From NCBI GenBank assembly GCA_963707865.1, contig OY970175.1:16748-80747 (forward strand): 64,000 nucleotides of DNA. Direction: 5' to 3'. Below the pieces are notes generated by a model, which made no database searches, had not been told where the DNA came from, and saw only the letters and a program-made list of their open reading frames with translations. This DNA comes from an uncultured bacterium (GTDB lineage: Bacteria > Patescibacteriota > Minisyncoccia > UBA6257 > 2-01-FULL-56-20). The position numbers and the translations under genes are program-made. This document shows, one piece after another, positions 39,835 to 49,446 of the stretch (the stretch's first letter is position 1; each line of letters begins with the position of its first letter).

Positions 39835-40452
39835 ATGATCGGTCCCAAAGAAAAAAGAGAACGGGCGCTTGGCACTCACCTTGGATTGAAGGGCGAACGC
39901 GGCATGTCGCCGAAATCAGCCGTTTTGCGGAAGCCGTACCGGCCGGGCGTGCACGGTCCGAGGTCGCGACAACGTCCGCTTTCGGAGTTTGGCCTCCAGC
40001 TCCGTGAGAAGCGGAAGTTCAAGTTGAGCTACGGCGTTGACGAACGTGGCTTGAAGCGGCTCTTCAAGATGGCAGTGGCGGCCAAGGGCGCTTCCGGTGC
40101 AAAGATGCTGGAGTTCCTTGAGAGCCGGTTGGACAACGTGATATATCGCCTTGGCTTCGCCCCCACGCGGCTCGCCGCGCGGCAGCTCGTCGTCCATGGC
40201 CATATCGCCGTGAACAAAAAAAAGGTGCAGTCGCCGGGTTTCATGGTGAAAAAAGGGGACGTCATCGCCGTGCGCGAAGGTTCTGAGAAGAACATGGCAA
40301 TCGCAAAGCGGATGGAATTGCTTAAAAAATTTGATCCGCCTTCCTGGCTTTCGCTCCATCCGGAGAAGATGGAAGGTATGGTACTTTCCCCGCCGGCGGA
40401 TTCCGACATTCCTTTTGAAATAAACCTTTTGGTCGAATCATTCTCAAAATAA
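39835..40452 (+). CDS. rpsD: 30S ribosomal protein S4
   Basis: S4 N-terminal domain plus S4 RNA-binding domain (LESRLDNVIYRLGFA). Confidence 0.9.
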   Translation: MIGPKEKRERALGTHLGLKGERGMSPKSAVLRKPYRPGVHGPRSRQRPLSEFGLQLREKRKFKLSYGVDERGLKRLFKMAVAAKGASGAKMLEFLESRLDNVIYRLGFAPTRLAARQLVVHGHIAVNKKKVQSPGFMVKKGDVIAVREGSEKNMAIAKRMELLKKFDPPSWLSLHPEKMEGMVLSPPADSDIPFEINLLVESFSK

Positions 40453-40457
40453 AAACT

Positions 40458-41240
40458 ATGGAATACGCATACTTAAGCTCAACAGTTTCTGTAAAAACCG
40501 TCTCCGAAGACGCGAAGAACGGTGTGTTTGAGGTAGAGGGCCTTTTCGCCGGTTATGGGCTTACCATGGGGAACGCGTTGCGGCGGGTGCTTCTCTCCTC
40601 TCTTCCCGGCGCCGCGGTGACGGAGGTCAAAATCAAGGGCGTGCCCCACGAATTCTCCACCCTGCCCGGCGTTAAGGAAGATATAGTGGAACTCATGCTT
40701 AACTTTAAAAAGCTTCGTTTTCGCCTGCACGTGGATGAGCCCCAGACGCTTGCCTTAAAGGTAAAAGGCGAGCGGACGGTTACCGGAGGCGACATTGTGC
40801 TGAATTCCAGCGTGGAATTGATGAATCCGGACGAGGTGCTTGCGATGCTCACTGCGGGGGATGCGGAGCTTGATATGGAAATAAAAGTGGAACGCGGTCT
40901 CGGCTATGTGCCCGTGGAGGCTCGAAAAACCGAGGGACGCCTTGCAATCGGCACGATCGCGATAGATGCGATCTTCACGCCCGTCACGCGCGTGAACTAC
41001 ACGGTGGAAGATATGCGCGTGGGAGATCAGACGGACTACAACCGCCTGCGCCTTGAGATTGAAACCGACGGTACCATAAGTCCTTCTTCGGCGCTCCACA
41101 AAGCGGCGAATGTCTTGAAAGACCACTCTGAAAAAGTGGCGGCGGTCGCCGTCGCGGAATTTGAGACGCCGAAGGCCGTATCTGCATCGCATGCCGAGCC
41201 CAAAAAGAAAAGTCGTGCAAAGAAAGCGAACGGAAAATAG
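40458..41240 (+). CDS. rpoA: DNA-directed RNA polymerase alpha subunit, N-terminal domain only, with Lys-rich tail
   Basis: Alpha-NTD dimerisation/assembly domain recognised; protein ends after ~225 aa of NTD with a 35-aa basic tail (AEPKKKSRAKKANGK); no alpha-CTD helix-hairpin-helix fold. Confidence 0.85.
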   Translation: MEYAYLSSTVSVKTVSEDAKNGVFEVEGLFAGYGLTMGNALRRVLLSSLPGAAVTEVKIKGVPHEFSTLPGVKEDIVELMLNFKKLRFRLHVDEPQTLALKVKGERTVTGGDIVLNSSVELMNPDEVLAMLTAGDAELDMEIKVERGLGYVPVEARKTEGRLAIGTIAIDAIFTPVTRVNYTVEDMRVGDQTDYNRLRLEIETDGTISPSSALHKAANVLKDHSEKVAAVAVAEFETPKAVSASHAEPKKKSRAKKANGK

Positions 41241-41252
41241 CCGACGGATCCC

Positions 41253-41606
41253 ATGCGTCATTTGAAGAAAGGCAAAAAGTTTGGTCGCTTGCGCGGCGCG
41301 CGGATCTCTTTCCTGCGCAATTTGGCGAACGACCTCGTTCGCGCGGGCCGCGTCACAACGACGGAGGCGCGCGCGAAGGCGATCCGCCCGCAGGTGGAGC
41401 GCTTGGTCACGTTTGCAAAGAAACAGACGCTTGCCGCCCGTCGCGAACTTTTGAGCCGCGTGCACAACGAAAAGATCGTGAATAAGCTTTATCACGATCT
41501 CGGGCCGCGGTATGCGGAACGTGCCGGCGGGTATCTCCGCATCACAAAGCTTGCAAAGAGCCGCAAACGGGATGGCACGCGGATGGCGCGAATTGAATTT
41601 GTATAA
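41253..41606 (+). CDS. rplQ: 50S ribosomal protein L17
   Basis: MRHLKKGKKFGR...GGYLRITKL. Confidence 0.9.
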   Translation: MRHLKKGKKFGRLRGARISFLRNLANDLVRAGRVTTTEARAKAIRPQVERLVTFAKKQTLAARRELLSRVHNEKIVNKLYHDLGPRYAERAGGYLRITKLAKSRKRDGTRMARIEFV

Positions 41607-41617
41607 TAGACACCCCT

Positions 41618-41965
41618 ATGGATTATCACATTGACGCAAAAAACAAAATACTGGGTCGCGTGGCATCGGAGATTGCGCTTATTTTGCAGGGCAAGAAAAG
41701 CGCTTCGTACGCGCGGAACCGCGTTTCGGGCGACAAAGTGTACGTGAAGAACTATAAAGATATCGTCGTAACCGGCGAGAAGCGCACGCAAAAGATATAT
41801 CGCCACCACACGGGTTACGTGGGACATCTGAAGGAGCTCACGTTTGAACAGAAATTCGCGAAGGATCCGAAGTCGGTTCTCCGGCGCGCGGTCCGCAAAA
41901 TGCTCCCGAGGAACTTTTTGAACCAGAAAAGATTGAACAATTTGACGTTCGTGGATTCCGAATAA
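41618..41965 (+). CDS. rplM: 50S ribosomal protein L13
   Basis: IDAKNKILGRVASEIALILQGK. Confidence 0.9.
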   Translation: MDYHIDAKNKILGRVASEIALILQGKKSASYARNRVSGDKVYVKNYKDIVVTGEKRTQKIYRHHTGYVGHLKELTFEQKFAKDPKSVLRRAVRKMLPRNFLNQKRLNNLTFVDSE

Positions 41966-42519
41966 TGGATCTTAAACCCATGCCTAGCGAAAAAGAAACC
42001 AAACATACTGCATCGCACGCCGCGCCGCGCGCGCATCGGGCGCCTGCGGCGGCGGCGCGTGTGATTGCTCCGCACGCGGCACACGCCGTTGCTGCCACCG
42101 CGCATAGCCCCCGCCCCACACATGCCGCTCCAGAAGAGCGCTACAGCGAGGCCATTGGCCGCCGCAAGACCGCTGTTGCGCGCGTGCGGATCATGGCTGG
42201 CAAAGGAAAAGTGACCGTGAACGGCCAAGAGCCAAAACAGTATTTCGTGTTGCCGCGGCTTCTTGCGATCGCGCTCGCCCCGCTTCGCGAACTGAAGCTT
42301 GATGACGTTGACGTGAGCGTGAAAATCGGGGGCGGCGGCATAAGCGCCCAGGCCGAAGCCGTGCGTCACGGCATCTCCCGCGCGATCGTTGTCCGGACAG
42401 CCGAATGGAAGCCGCGCCTTCGCGCGTTGGGCTACCTCACCCGCGACTCCCGCATGGTGGAGCGCAAGAAATACGGTTTGAAGAAAGCGCGCAGAGCTCC
42501 GCAGTGGGCGAAGCGCTAG
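41965..42519 (+). CDS. rpsI: 30S ribosomal protein S9 with ~55-aa His/Ala/Pro-rich N-terminal extension
   Basis: Conserved core from GRRKTAVARVRI to RMVERKKYGLKKARRAPQWAKR; extension HAAPRAHRAPAAAARVIAPHAAHAV precedes it. Confidence 0.85.
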   Translation: MDLKPMPSEKETKHTASHAAPRAHRAPAAAARVIAPHAAHAVAATAHSPRPTHAAPEERYSEAIGRRKTAVARVRIMAGKGKVTVNGQEPKQYFVLPRLLAIALAPLRELKLDDVDVSVKIGGGGISAQAEAVRHGISRAIVVRTAEWKPRLRALGYLTRDSRMVERKKYGLKKARRAPQWAKR

Positions 42520-42722
42520 GGGAGCACCGCAGAGCGGTAGACGTACGGAGAGTCGGACTCCGCGAACCCCGATTACCAAGTCGGGATTGGCACCGTGCTA
42601 CGCCCACCGCGCGAACGATTGTATCAGACAGAGATTATTTTGTTTAAAAGAAACTTGACTAACGCATTGGACCTCCTATACGGTCTGTATTACCAGGTCG
42701 GGATAGGCTCGTGTTCGAACCC

Positions 42723-42752
42723 TGCAAAAGACCCAGCGATGGGTCTTTTGCT
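42723..42752 (+). terminator. rho-independent terminator after the ribosomal protein cluster
   Basis: AAAGACCCA-GCGA-TGGGTCTTT hairpin followed by a T-rich tail. Confidence 0.5.
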
Positions 42753-42849
42753 ATACTGAAGTAACAATGATGGATATTGAAAAAGAAATTGCGGCCATCA
42801 AATGTTAGGCCTTGGCTTTTTAGCCGGATAAACCTATAATCTTTGCATT

Positions 42850-43737
42850 GTGGAAAAATTAGAAAACGAAAGCGGCTATGAAAAGATTGGCCCTACGGCG
42901 TGGGGCGTAGCGCATTTCCGAACATTTTCGGATATTAAATATGCCGAGGAGATCTTTGAAGAACTTGATAGTGTAGTGAAACCAGCCGATCCGGTTCAAT
43001 TGGAATATATGGGAAGCATAAGGCGGTCCGAACTCGCTCTCGCGCCGCAATTTGAAGCCCGTTACAAACTTATCAACTGGCTGCTGAAGGAGAACAAGAC
43101 AAACCAAATTTTGGAACTCGCTACGGGCCTTGCGGGACGGGGGCTCGCGACGGCAGAAGCAGATCCGTCGTTGCAATACGTGGAGGTTGATCTTCCGGCA
43201 ATGGCGGCGCACAAGAGGGAGATGCTCCAAAATCTGTTTGCGAAGGGCAAGGCGAAACCGCAAAGCAATCTCCACGTGGAGGATGGGAACGCCCTGGATG
43301 AGGGCTCCCTTTTTGCCGCCGCTCGTTATTTCAAAGACGAGCCCATCTCGGTGGTGAATGAGGGGTTGCTGCGATATTTGACCCCCGACGAGAAAAAGAT
43401 CGTGGCGGAGAATGTCCGCGCCCTGCTTCGGAAATTCGGCGGCGCATGGATTACTTCCGACATCAGCACAAAAAGGGTATTGGCGTATGAGGAGGAGAGA
43501 ACGGACAATCACGCGAGGGTGAAGGCGATGTCGGGAATTGACGTTAAAACAAACAGTTTTGAGGATCAAGACGCAGCGCAGAAGTTCTTTGAAGACCTTG
43601 GGTTTAGCGTTGAACGGCACAGTTTCCTTGAGGTCGCGGGCGAATTAGTTTCGCCTAAAAAACTAGGACTTTCGGATCAAGAAGTGGAAAACATGATTCA
43701 ACATGCCACGGTTTTTGTGATGAGGCTACGGCAGTAA
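42850..43737 (+). CDS. class I SAM-dependent O-methyltransferase (LCM/TcmP-like family)
   Basis: YEKIGPTAWGVAHFRT N-terminal signature and LELATGLAGRGL SAM-binding motif; AT-richer than flanks. Confidence 0.5.
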   Translation: MEKLENESGYEKIGPTAWGVAHFRTFSDIKYAEEIFEELDSVVKPADPVQLEYMGSIRRSELALAPQFEARYKLINWLLKENKTNQILELATGLAGRGLATAEADPSLQYVEVDLPAMAAHKREMLQNLFAKGKAKPQSNLHVEDGNALDEGSLFAAARYFKDEPISVVNEGLLRYLTPDEKKIVAENVRALLRKFGGAWITSDISTKRVLAYEEERTDNHARVKAMSGIDVKTNSFEDQDAAQKFFEDLGFSVERHSFLEVAGELVSPKKLGLSDQEVENMIQHATVFVMRLRQ

Positions 43738-43777
43738 CCATATGTTCAAAATGTGAATAGGGGTATATAATGGTCAT

Positions 43778-44542
43778 ATGGAGTGGCTCACCTACATAGT
43801 TATCGTCATCGTCATCATTCTCCTCGCGGGGATCAAGGTGATAAAGGAATATCAGCGGGCGGTTGTATTCCGCTTGGGCCGCCTCGTGGGCGCGCGCGGC
43901 CCTGGCCTGATCTACGTCCTCCCGATTTTTGAGAAGATGGTGCGCGTCGGCCTTCGCACTGTCACCATGAACATCCCGTCGCAGAAGATCATCACGAAGG
44001 ACAACGTTTCCATTGACATCGCGGCGGTGGCGTACTACCACGTGGTGGACGCTCAAAAATCCGTGGTCGCGATTGAAAATGTCCACGACGCGGTGAACCA
44101 GATCAGCCAAACGACGGTCAGGAATGTCGTGGGCCAATTTATGCTCGACCAATTTTTATCACAGACGGTTGATATCAATGAAAAGATAAAGAACGTGATC
44201 GACGTCCATACGGAGCCGTGGGGCATCCAGGTAACCGCGGTTGAGATCAAGGATGTTATCCTGCCTGACAACATGCAGCGGGCGATGGCGAAGGAGGCGG
44301 AGGCCGAACGCGAGCGGCGGGCAAAGATCGTTGCCGCACAAGGCGAATTTCAAGCGGCTGAAAAATTAGGGCAAGCAGCCGAGATCATTGCCGCGCATCC
44401 CGTCGCCCTCCAGCTTCGTACGCTCCAAACGATGGCGGAAATCGCCACCGAAAAGAACTCCACGATCATTTTCCCGGCACAGTTCATGACGACGGTCAAA
44501 GAAGCTCTTGAGACGCTTCAGCAGGATAAGAAGAATAAGTGA
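43778..44542 (+). CDS. SPFH/band-7 (stomatin-like) membrane protein
   Basis: N-terminal TM helix, SPFH domain (VVFRLGRLVGARGPGL), C-terminal coiled coil (KEAEAERERRAK). Confidence 0.8.
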   Translation: MEWLTYIVIVIVIILLAGIKVIKEYQRAVVFRLGRLVGARGPGLIYVLPIFEKMVRVGLRTVTMNIPSQKIITKDNVSIDIAAVAYYHVVDAQKSVVAIENVHDAVNQISQTTVRNVVGQFMLDQFLSQTVDINEKIKNVIDVHTEPWGIQVTAVEIKDVILPDNMQRAMAKEAEAERERRAKIVAAQGEFQAAEKLGQAAEIIAAHPVALQLRTLQTMAEIATEKNSTIIFPAQFMTTVKEALETLQQDKKNK

Positions 44543-44575
44543 ACAGATTAAGAAGGGTAGTGGTACTGCCGCGCG

Positions 44576-45097
44576 CTACGAGTGCTTCTCCAGGCTAAGG
44601 TTTGAAAGTGCCAAGAGCAGGGCGGGCATCATAAGGTCCTTCCTTGTGAGCGTTTTCCCGGAAAAGTATATGACGGGGTCTTCCTCTCCCGCGAGGCTCT
44701 GGGTGAGGGCGTCAATTTTGATGTGACCATCCTGTATTTCTTTGATCATCCACAGCGGTACGCGTATGCCGGGGGTGAAGCTTTCCGCGGTCTTGCCTTC
44801 TTTGGTCTTCACGGCGGCGCAGATCACGTAATACCATTCGTTCGCGTTGAAGATAAAAACAAGCGAATTTTCTATTCCCACGCCCACGTCTATACCTTCG
44901 CGGTTGACCGCTTCCGCTGCGCAGGACCTTGCCCTTTTGAAAAGCTCTTCAAACCCGAATGTCTGCGAGGGAAGGGATGGACGGAAGGTGTTGTCGGCGG
45001 CGACGGTCGCTTCAATGCCGAGCCGCTTCGCGGCCTCCTCCACCGCCGCTTTCTTGAGATCGAAATAGCGCTTGGAAGTGTAGAAACCAATAGTCAT
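44576..45097 (-). CDS. non-canonical purine NTP phosphatase (DUF84 / YjjX-like inosine/xanthosine triphosphatase)
   Basis: 173 aa; overall pattern of the DUF84 family (GVGIENSL...WYYVICAAV); moderate. Confidence 0.45.
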   Translation of the reverse strand: MTIGFYTSKRYFDLKKAAVEEAAKRLGIEATVAADNTFRPSLPSQTFGFEELFKRARSCAAEAVNREGIDVGVGIENSLVFIFNANEWYYVICAAVKTKEGKTAESFTPGIRVPLWMIKEIQDGHIKIDALTQSLAGEEDPVIYFSGKTLTRKDLMMPALLLALSNLSLEKHS

Positions 45098-45140
45098 CCT
45101 TACCAGTATAGCACTTTGAAAATTGTTATAATGAGAACAT

Positions 45141-45587
45141 ATGCAATTCCTTACGAAGCTGGAACGGGCGATACGCCGGAGGTTAAAGCGCCATCCGTTG
45201 CTCTATGCATTCGTGGCCGGAGTCGGCGTCGTTCTCTTTTGGCGCGGCGTGTGGCATTTTGCCGACTTCCTCGCGCTCAACTTCATATCGGCGAACGACA
45301 CGACGACGAGCATTGACTGGGCGTCGGGTCTTGACAGCGCTTTGTCGCTCGTTGTCGGCGGACTCCTTCTGCTCTCCACGGGACTTTTTGTGTCCGAGCT
45401 TTTGAGCGGGGAGGTTTTGATCACGCGTACGGAGAAGGAAGAGGAAATTACGGGAAAAACCGAAAAGGGCGTGGAAAGGGAATCGGCGGAATTGCCCCAC
45501 ATTGAGGAGGAGATCCATCACATTGCGAAGGAGATAGAGGATATTGAGAAAGATCTCCACGCGAGAGGCGGGGAAAGAATGGAATGA
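45141..45587 (+). CDS. hypothetical membrane protein with acidic coiled-coil C-terminus
   Basis: Two predicted TM helices; no homology recognised. Confidence 0.3.
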   Translation: MQFLTKLERAIRRRLKRHPLLYAFVAGVGVVLFWRGVWHFADFLALNFISANDTTTSIDWASGLDSALSLVVGGLLLLSTGLFVSELLSGEVLITRTEKEEEITGKTEKGVERESAELPHIEEEIHHIAKEIEDIEKDLHARGGERME

Positions 45588-45647
45588 AGGGAACGATCGT
45601 CGCGAGCGGGAAAGTTGTGCTGCGTCCGATCGCGCTCGGCGATGCGC

Positions 45648-47936
45648 CTACGCCTTCACGGTTATTTCCGCCGGAACATCTTCAATTTCACAAATGCCGC
45701 CTACGCATGCGAGCTCCTTCTTCACATCGGTCGTATCTTCCCGTTCGTAAAGAAGGATCTGCGAGAAGTCAATTTCGGGCATTTTGGCGAGCACCTCTTC
45801 ATAACGTTCTTTTGTGATTTCTTCGTAAGGCGCCAAGAGATATGCGTGGTCTTCGCGCGGGAGGAAGGAAAGTCCGCCGATCATATCCCAGTTCTTGTAG
45901 ACCCAATCCGCAACGTCCACCCACTCGTTCTCGCCGACGGAGACCGTGATGGAAGGATTGTGTTCGGTGTAATTCGCTTTTACCTTCTTCCAGTGTTCAA
46001 GTTGGTCAAGCGCGGTAAGATCGTTCTTCGTAAGCCCACCCTCGGGAGCCCTCACTGGGAATTCCACTACGTATGTATTTGCGGAGGAAAGCGACTGACC
46101 AACTTCGGGGGAGTAAGTGACCTTCTGGTCCTTCATCATTTGGAATAGCGCGTCGGTCGCGGCGATGCGTACGCGGCGGATGTAATACTTCGCGTGGCGC
46201 GGGTGGAGGCCGGAGGACGAATCAACCGTCTGCGAGAGATTGCCTGACGGTTTTACGCATGTGATCGCCATTGAAGCACTGATGCCGAAGCGGTCCGCAT
46301 ACTCCGCGTTAATCTTCACCGCGTGGTCACGGAGCTTGCGAAGGACATTTTCGTCGCGGACCGCGGCGCAATCCCACTGGCCGGTGATGGAAACGCCCAA
46401 AAGCCGCTCGCGGTCGCAATTTTGCTTCCACTCTTTAGAGAGATAGGGGAAATTGGTGAGTGCGGATTGGTAGGTGCCAAGGATCGTCGCGAGCCGCATC
46501 TTCCTTGTGAGTGTTGCTTCGGTATCCTCCGCGCGGGCCACGACCTCGGAGAGATTACAGAACTCCTTCGGTTGGAGGATGATCTCACCGCAGGGGTTCG
46601 TGCCCAGGCGGTTGATCTCTTCCTTCAGGAATTTCTTGCGGCGTTCGGGGAGTTGGTAGACAAGGCCTCCGCGGTTGAAGATGCCGCGTTCGCCCGTGCC
46701 GCTCTTCGCGAGCGAGATCCATTCCTCAAGGAACTGCGTGGAATTGGGCTTTTCCGTGTATACCGCGGAATTGTTCGCCATGGAACGCTGGGGTTCCGTC
46801 ATCCAGAACTGGCCATTCTTTGCATTCCGCATTTCTTGGTCATCAAGGTCGGAAAGCGAAATTGTGGCGCTCCGGCGTACGCCGCCCGCGACGACGATCT
46901 CGCCGATCTTGCAGCAGATGTCGTGCACGTCAATATTTGAAAGACGACGCCCTTGTTTCGCGAGGATCTTCCTCCGTGCGAAGGAGAGGAGTGCGCGGAG
47001 CGGTTCCGGTCCGGAGCTTTTTCCACCCATCGTGTAAAGGCGCGCGCCTGCGGGACGCAATTGCGAAAAATCAAAATCAATGTCCTTTCCGTCGAACCAT
47101 GTTTTCAAACCGATTGTAAGAGCGTCGCACCATCCCTCCTTGCTGTCCGCAATCACGTGCGCATCCAGTTTTTTCCCGGTCTGCCGTTTGATCTGGGGGA
47201 GCTTCTGTACGTTCTGGCTTTCCACGGAGAAGCCGACGCCCGTGCCGCACATGGAGATGTACATCATCTCGGCGAAGTCCTCCGGCTTCTGTGGCGCGAG
47301 GTATGAACAGTTAAACGCGGCGACATTCGTAGAGCGCGCCGCTTTTCCGGCAAATTGCAAAAGCCGCATGGAGGGCATCGCTTCCTGTTTTAAAATTCCC
47401 TCCCGCACTTCTGCGTACTCGGCGTCGGTAAGTTTCTCGCCGAGATTTTCTTTCATGAAATCCATGTAGCGGTCAACCGTTTCTATCCACGTTTCGCGCC
47501 GGCCCTCTTCGGGGATCCATTTTGAGTACGTCCGGTAGTACACGAATTCGGCAAGCTGGTTCCTGAAATATTTTTTGCTTTCTTCGGCGAGTTGCCGCAC
47601 ACGCTCCGGGATCTCGCGCTTCATCTCGCGGATCTGCGCACGGTCGGCACGGTACAAAATGTATGCCTTCGCCGTTTTCGCGTAGTCCATGAGGATAAGC
47701 TGGGTCTCTGTGATATCCTGGACCTCTTCTATCGTGGGGATATGGTCCTTTGGGAACTTTTTTTCAAGCGTAGCTACCACTTGCTCCGAAACTTTCTCCG
47801 CATCCTCCTTTGATTTGGCCTCTCCGGTCACGTTCATCGCCTTCGCAACGGCGTTCGTGATCTTCGCTTGATCGAACGGCACTATGCGCCCATCCCTTTT
47901 TCTTACTTCTGTGAAATGATGCTTCCCAAAAATCAT
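45648..47936 (-). CDS. nrdJ: class II (adenosylcobalamin-dependent) ribonucleotide reductase with N-terminal ATP-cone
   Basis: ATP-cone VRKRDGRIVPFDQAKITNAV; RNR barrel motifs (FNCSY, radical-site region CGEIILQP); 762 aa. Confidence 0.85.
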   Translation of the reverse strand: MIFGKHHFTEVRKRDGRIVPFDQAKITNAVAKAMNVTGEAKSKEDAEKVSEQVVATLEKKFPKDHIPTIEEVQDITETQLILMDYAKTAKAYILYRADRAQIREMKREIPERVRQLAEESKKYFRNQLAEFVYYRTYSKWIPEEGRRETWIETVDRYMDFMKENLGEKLTDAEYAEVREGILKQEAMPSMRLLQFAGKAARSTNVAAFNCSYLAPQKPEDFAEMMYISMCGTGVGFSVESQNVQKLPQIKRQTGKKLDAHVIADSKEGWCDALTIGLKTWFDGKDIDFDFSQLRPAGARLYTMGGKSSGPEPLRALLSFARRKILAKQGRRLSNIDVHDICCKIGEIVVAGGVRRSATISLSDLDDQEMRNAKNGQFWMTEPQRSMANNSAVYTEKPNSTQFLEEWISLAKSGTGERGIFNRGGLVYQLPERRKKFLKEEINRLGTNPCGEIILQPKEFCNLSEVVARAEDTEATLTRKMRLATILGTYQSALTNFPYLSKEWKQNCDRERLLGVSITGQWDCAAVRDENVLRKLRDHAVKINAEYADRFGISASMAITCVKPSGNLSQTVDSSSGLHPRHAKYYIRRVRIAATDALFQMMKDQKVTYSPEVGQSLSSANTYVVEFPVRAPEGGLTKNDLTALDQLEHWKKVKANYTEHNPSITVSVGENEWVDVADWVYKNWDMIGGLSFLPREDHAYLLAPYEEITKERYEEVLAKMPEIDFSQILLYEREDTTDVKKELACVGGICEIEDVPAEITVKA

Positions 47937-48033
47937 TTATGAAAAATTAATTGATATTTAATGTCGACGTAGAACCATTCTACCACCATGCCCTGTCAAA
48001 GGGGAGGTGTGGATAGCAATTCTTTCATCAACT

Positions 48034-49344
48034 TTACGATGGGAAGTCAAATTGCGCGAGTTTACTGGAAGAATTTATGAGATAGAAAATATTTTCCTGC
48101 GGTTTGTAAAGGGGCAATGTCCCTTTTGCGACGGTGACAAAGTTGCGGAGGCCAAGATCGTCAATATCCAGGAAGGAAACGGAATCGGGATACACGACGA
48201 AAAGATGATTCATATCCTTATACCAGATTGTACGGACGGCGTTCTTTACGTCGGGGAGGTTAAACCGGTGGTAGGTTTGCGCATCTGTGAGCGGGAGCAC
48301 TTCCAAACTCCTCTCTTCCAAGGCCGCGATCGCCGAACCGTCGTCCGCGACCGAAAACGTTTTCACGGAGTCCGCTAATTTTTGGAATGTTGCGGCGTTA
48401 ATGTCGTAAAGGTACAGTGCGCCGTCATTTTGAAGGACGGCGAGAAGGTTGGGGGTTGCCCACGCGAGCGCGAGGGTCTCTCCCGGAACGGCCAACGCAC
48501 TTTTCGTCGTCGTTTTTGTGAATTTGTCGTAGAGAACGACGGTGGTGCCGGAAGCGTTTCTGAATCTTGTCCAAGCGATGAAAGCGGGGGAGAGCGCCGG
48601 CGGTGCGGTTCCCAAAACGGTGCCGGCGGGTACCTGCTCAATCATGGAAGACGACGCGAGTGCCGCGTCAACGATCCACACCCGCCGGTCGCCCGCGGCG
48701 ACAACCTTGGTTGCGTCGGACGGATCAATCGCGATGCTTGTGATATTGCCCGTGAACAACGCCGAAAGATTGGTGGAGGTACCATTGTCAAAGTCATAGA
48801 GGAGATATGCACCGCCCCCCCCGCTTTTTAAAATAATATTTTTGAAATTGCTGCTTTCGCTCGTGAGGTCTCCATGGCCGATCGTATTACCGCGCCAGAC
48901 GATGGCGTCGCTCGCCGTCTGCGAAATGAATTCCCCCGACGCGACGAAAAAATTTTTGAAGGAGACCGCCGAAGTGGTCGCGGGCGCATCAGGAACAAGG
49001 ACCGCGTACTTGAGTGCAGCGACGAGCGAAGGAAGCACTTCGGCATTCTCGTGCCAGTCGAGGTAGCCGCCCTTTTTGAGTGTTAAAGAATAGTTGTGCG
49101 GGAAGAGTTCGGAAATGAGTGTGCCGCGGGAAAGAAATCCCGACTGGTTCGGGATTGGCTTGTCGTTCAAAAAAATACTGGCATCTCGCGGAAAGGATTG
49201 CACGTAAATCGCCCCGACCTTTTCCGCGCGCCATAGGGCGAAATCAAATCGCCATCCTTGGGCATAGAGCACTACGCCCACGCCAAGGACGACAAAGACC
49301 GCGACGAGCGTATAAAAGATGGCCCTTCTTGCTCTTTTCGTCAT
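48034..49344 (-). CDS. membrane-anchored PEGA-domain protein with beta-rich ectodomain
   Basis: TM helix, PEGA-like segment (AIYVQSFPRDASIFLNDKPIP...YSLTLKKGGY); ORF trimmed to the MTKRARR start. Confidence 0.5.
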   Translation of the reverse strand: MTKRARRAIFYTLVAVFVVLGVGVVLYAQGWRFDFALWRAEKVGAIYVQSFPRDASIFLNDKPIPNQSGFLSRGTLISELFPHNYSLTLKKGGYLDWHENAEVLPSLVAALKYAVLVPDAPATTSAVSFKNFFVASGEFISQTASDAIVWRGNTIGHGDLTSESSNFKNIILKSGGGGAYLLYDFDNGTSTNLSALFTGNITSIAIDPSDATKVVAAGDRRVWIVDAALASSSMIEQVPAGTVLGTAPPALSPAFIAWTRFRNASGTTVVLYDKFTKTTTKSALAVPGETLALAWATPNLLAVLQNDGALYLYDINAATFQKLADSVKTFSVADDGSAIAALEERSLEVLPLTDAQTYHRFNLPDVKNAVRTIWYKDMNHLFVVYPDSVSFLDIDDLGLRNFVTVAKGTLPLYKPQENIFYLINSSSKLAQFDFPS

Positions 49345-49446
49345 GGGTGAGGTACGAGGTAGATTGTAACACACGGGGGTTTGCACCAAGCCGTTCGCGG
49401 ATGGGGTATATACGCTGCGCGTATATACCTGGTTCGCTCGGTTAAA

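Noticed and set aside
42540-42720. Possible SRP (4.5S) RNA gene
   Set aside because: Partial similarity to the CUGUUUACCAGGUC region only; the universally conserved domain IV asymmetric-loop motifs are not found, so not called as a feature
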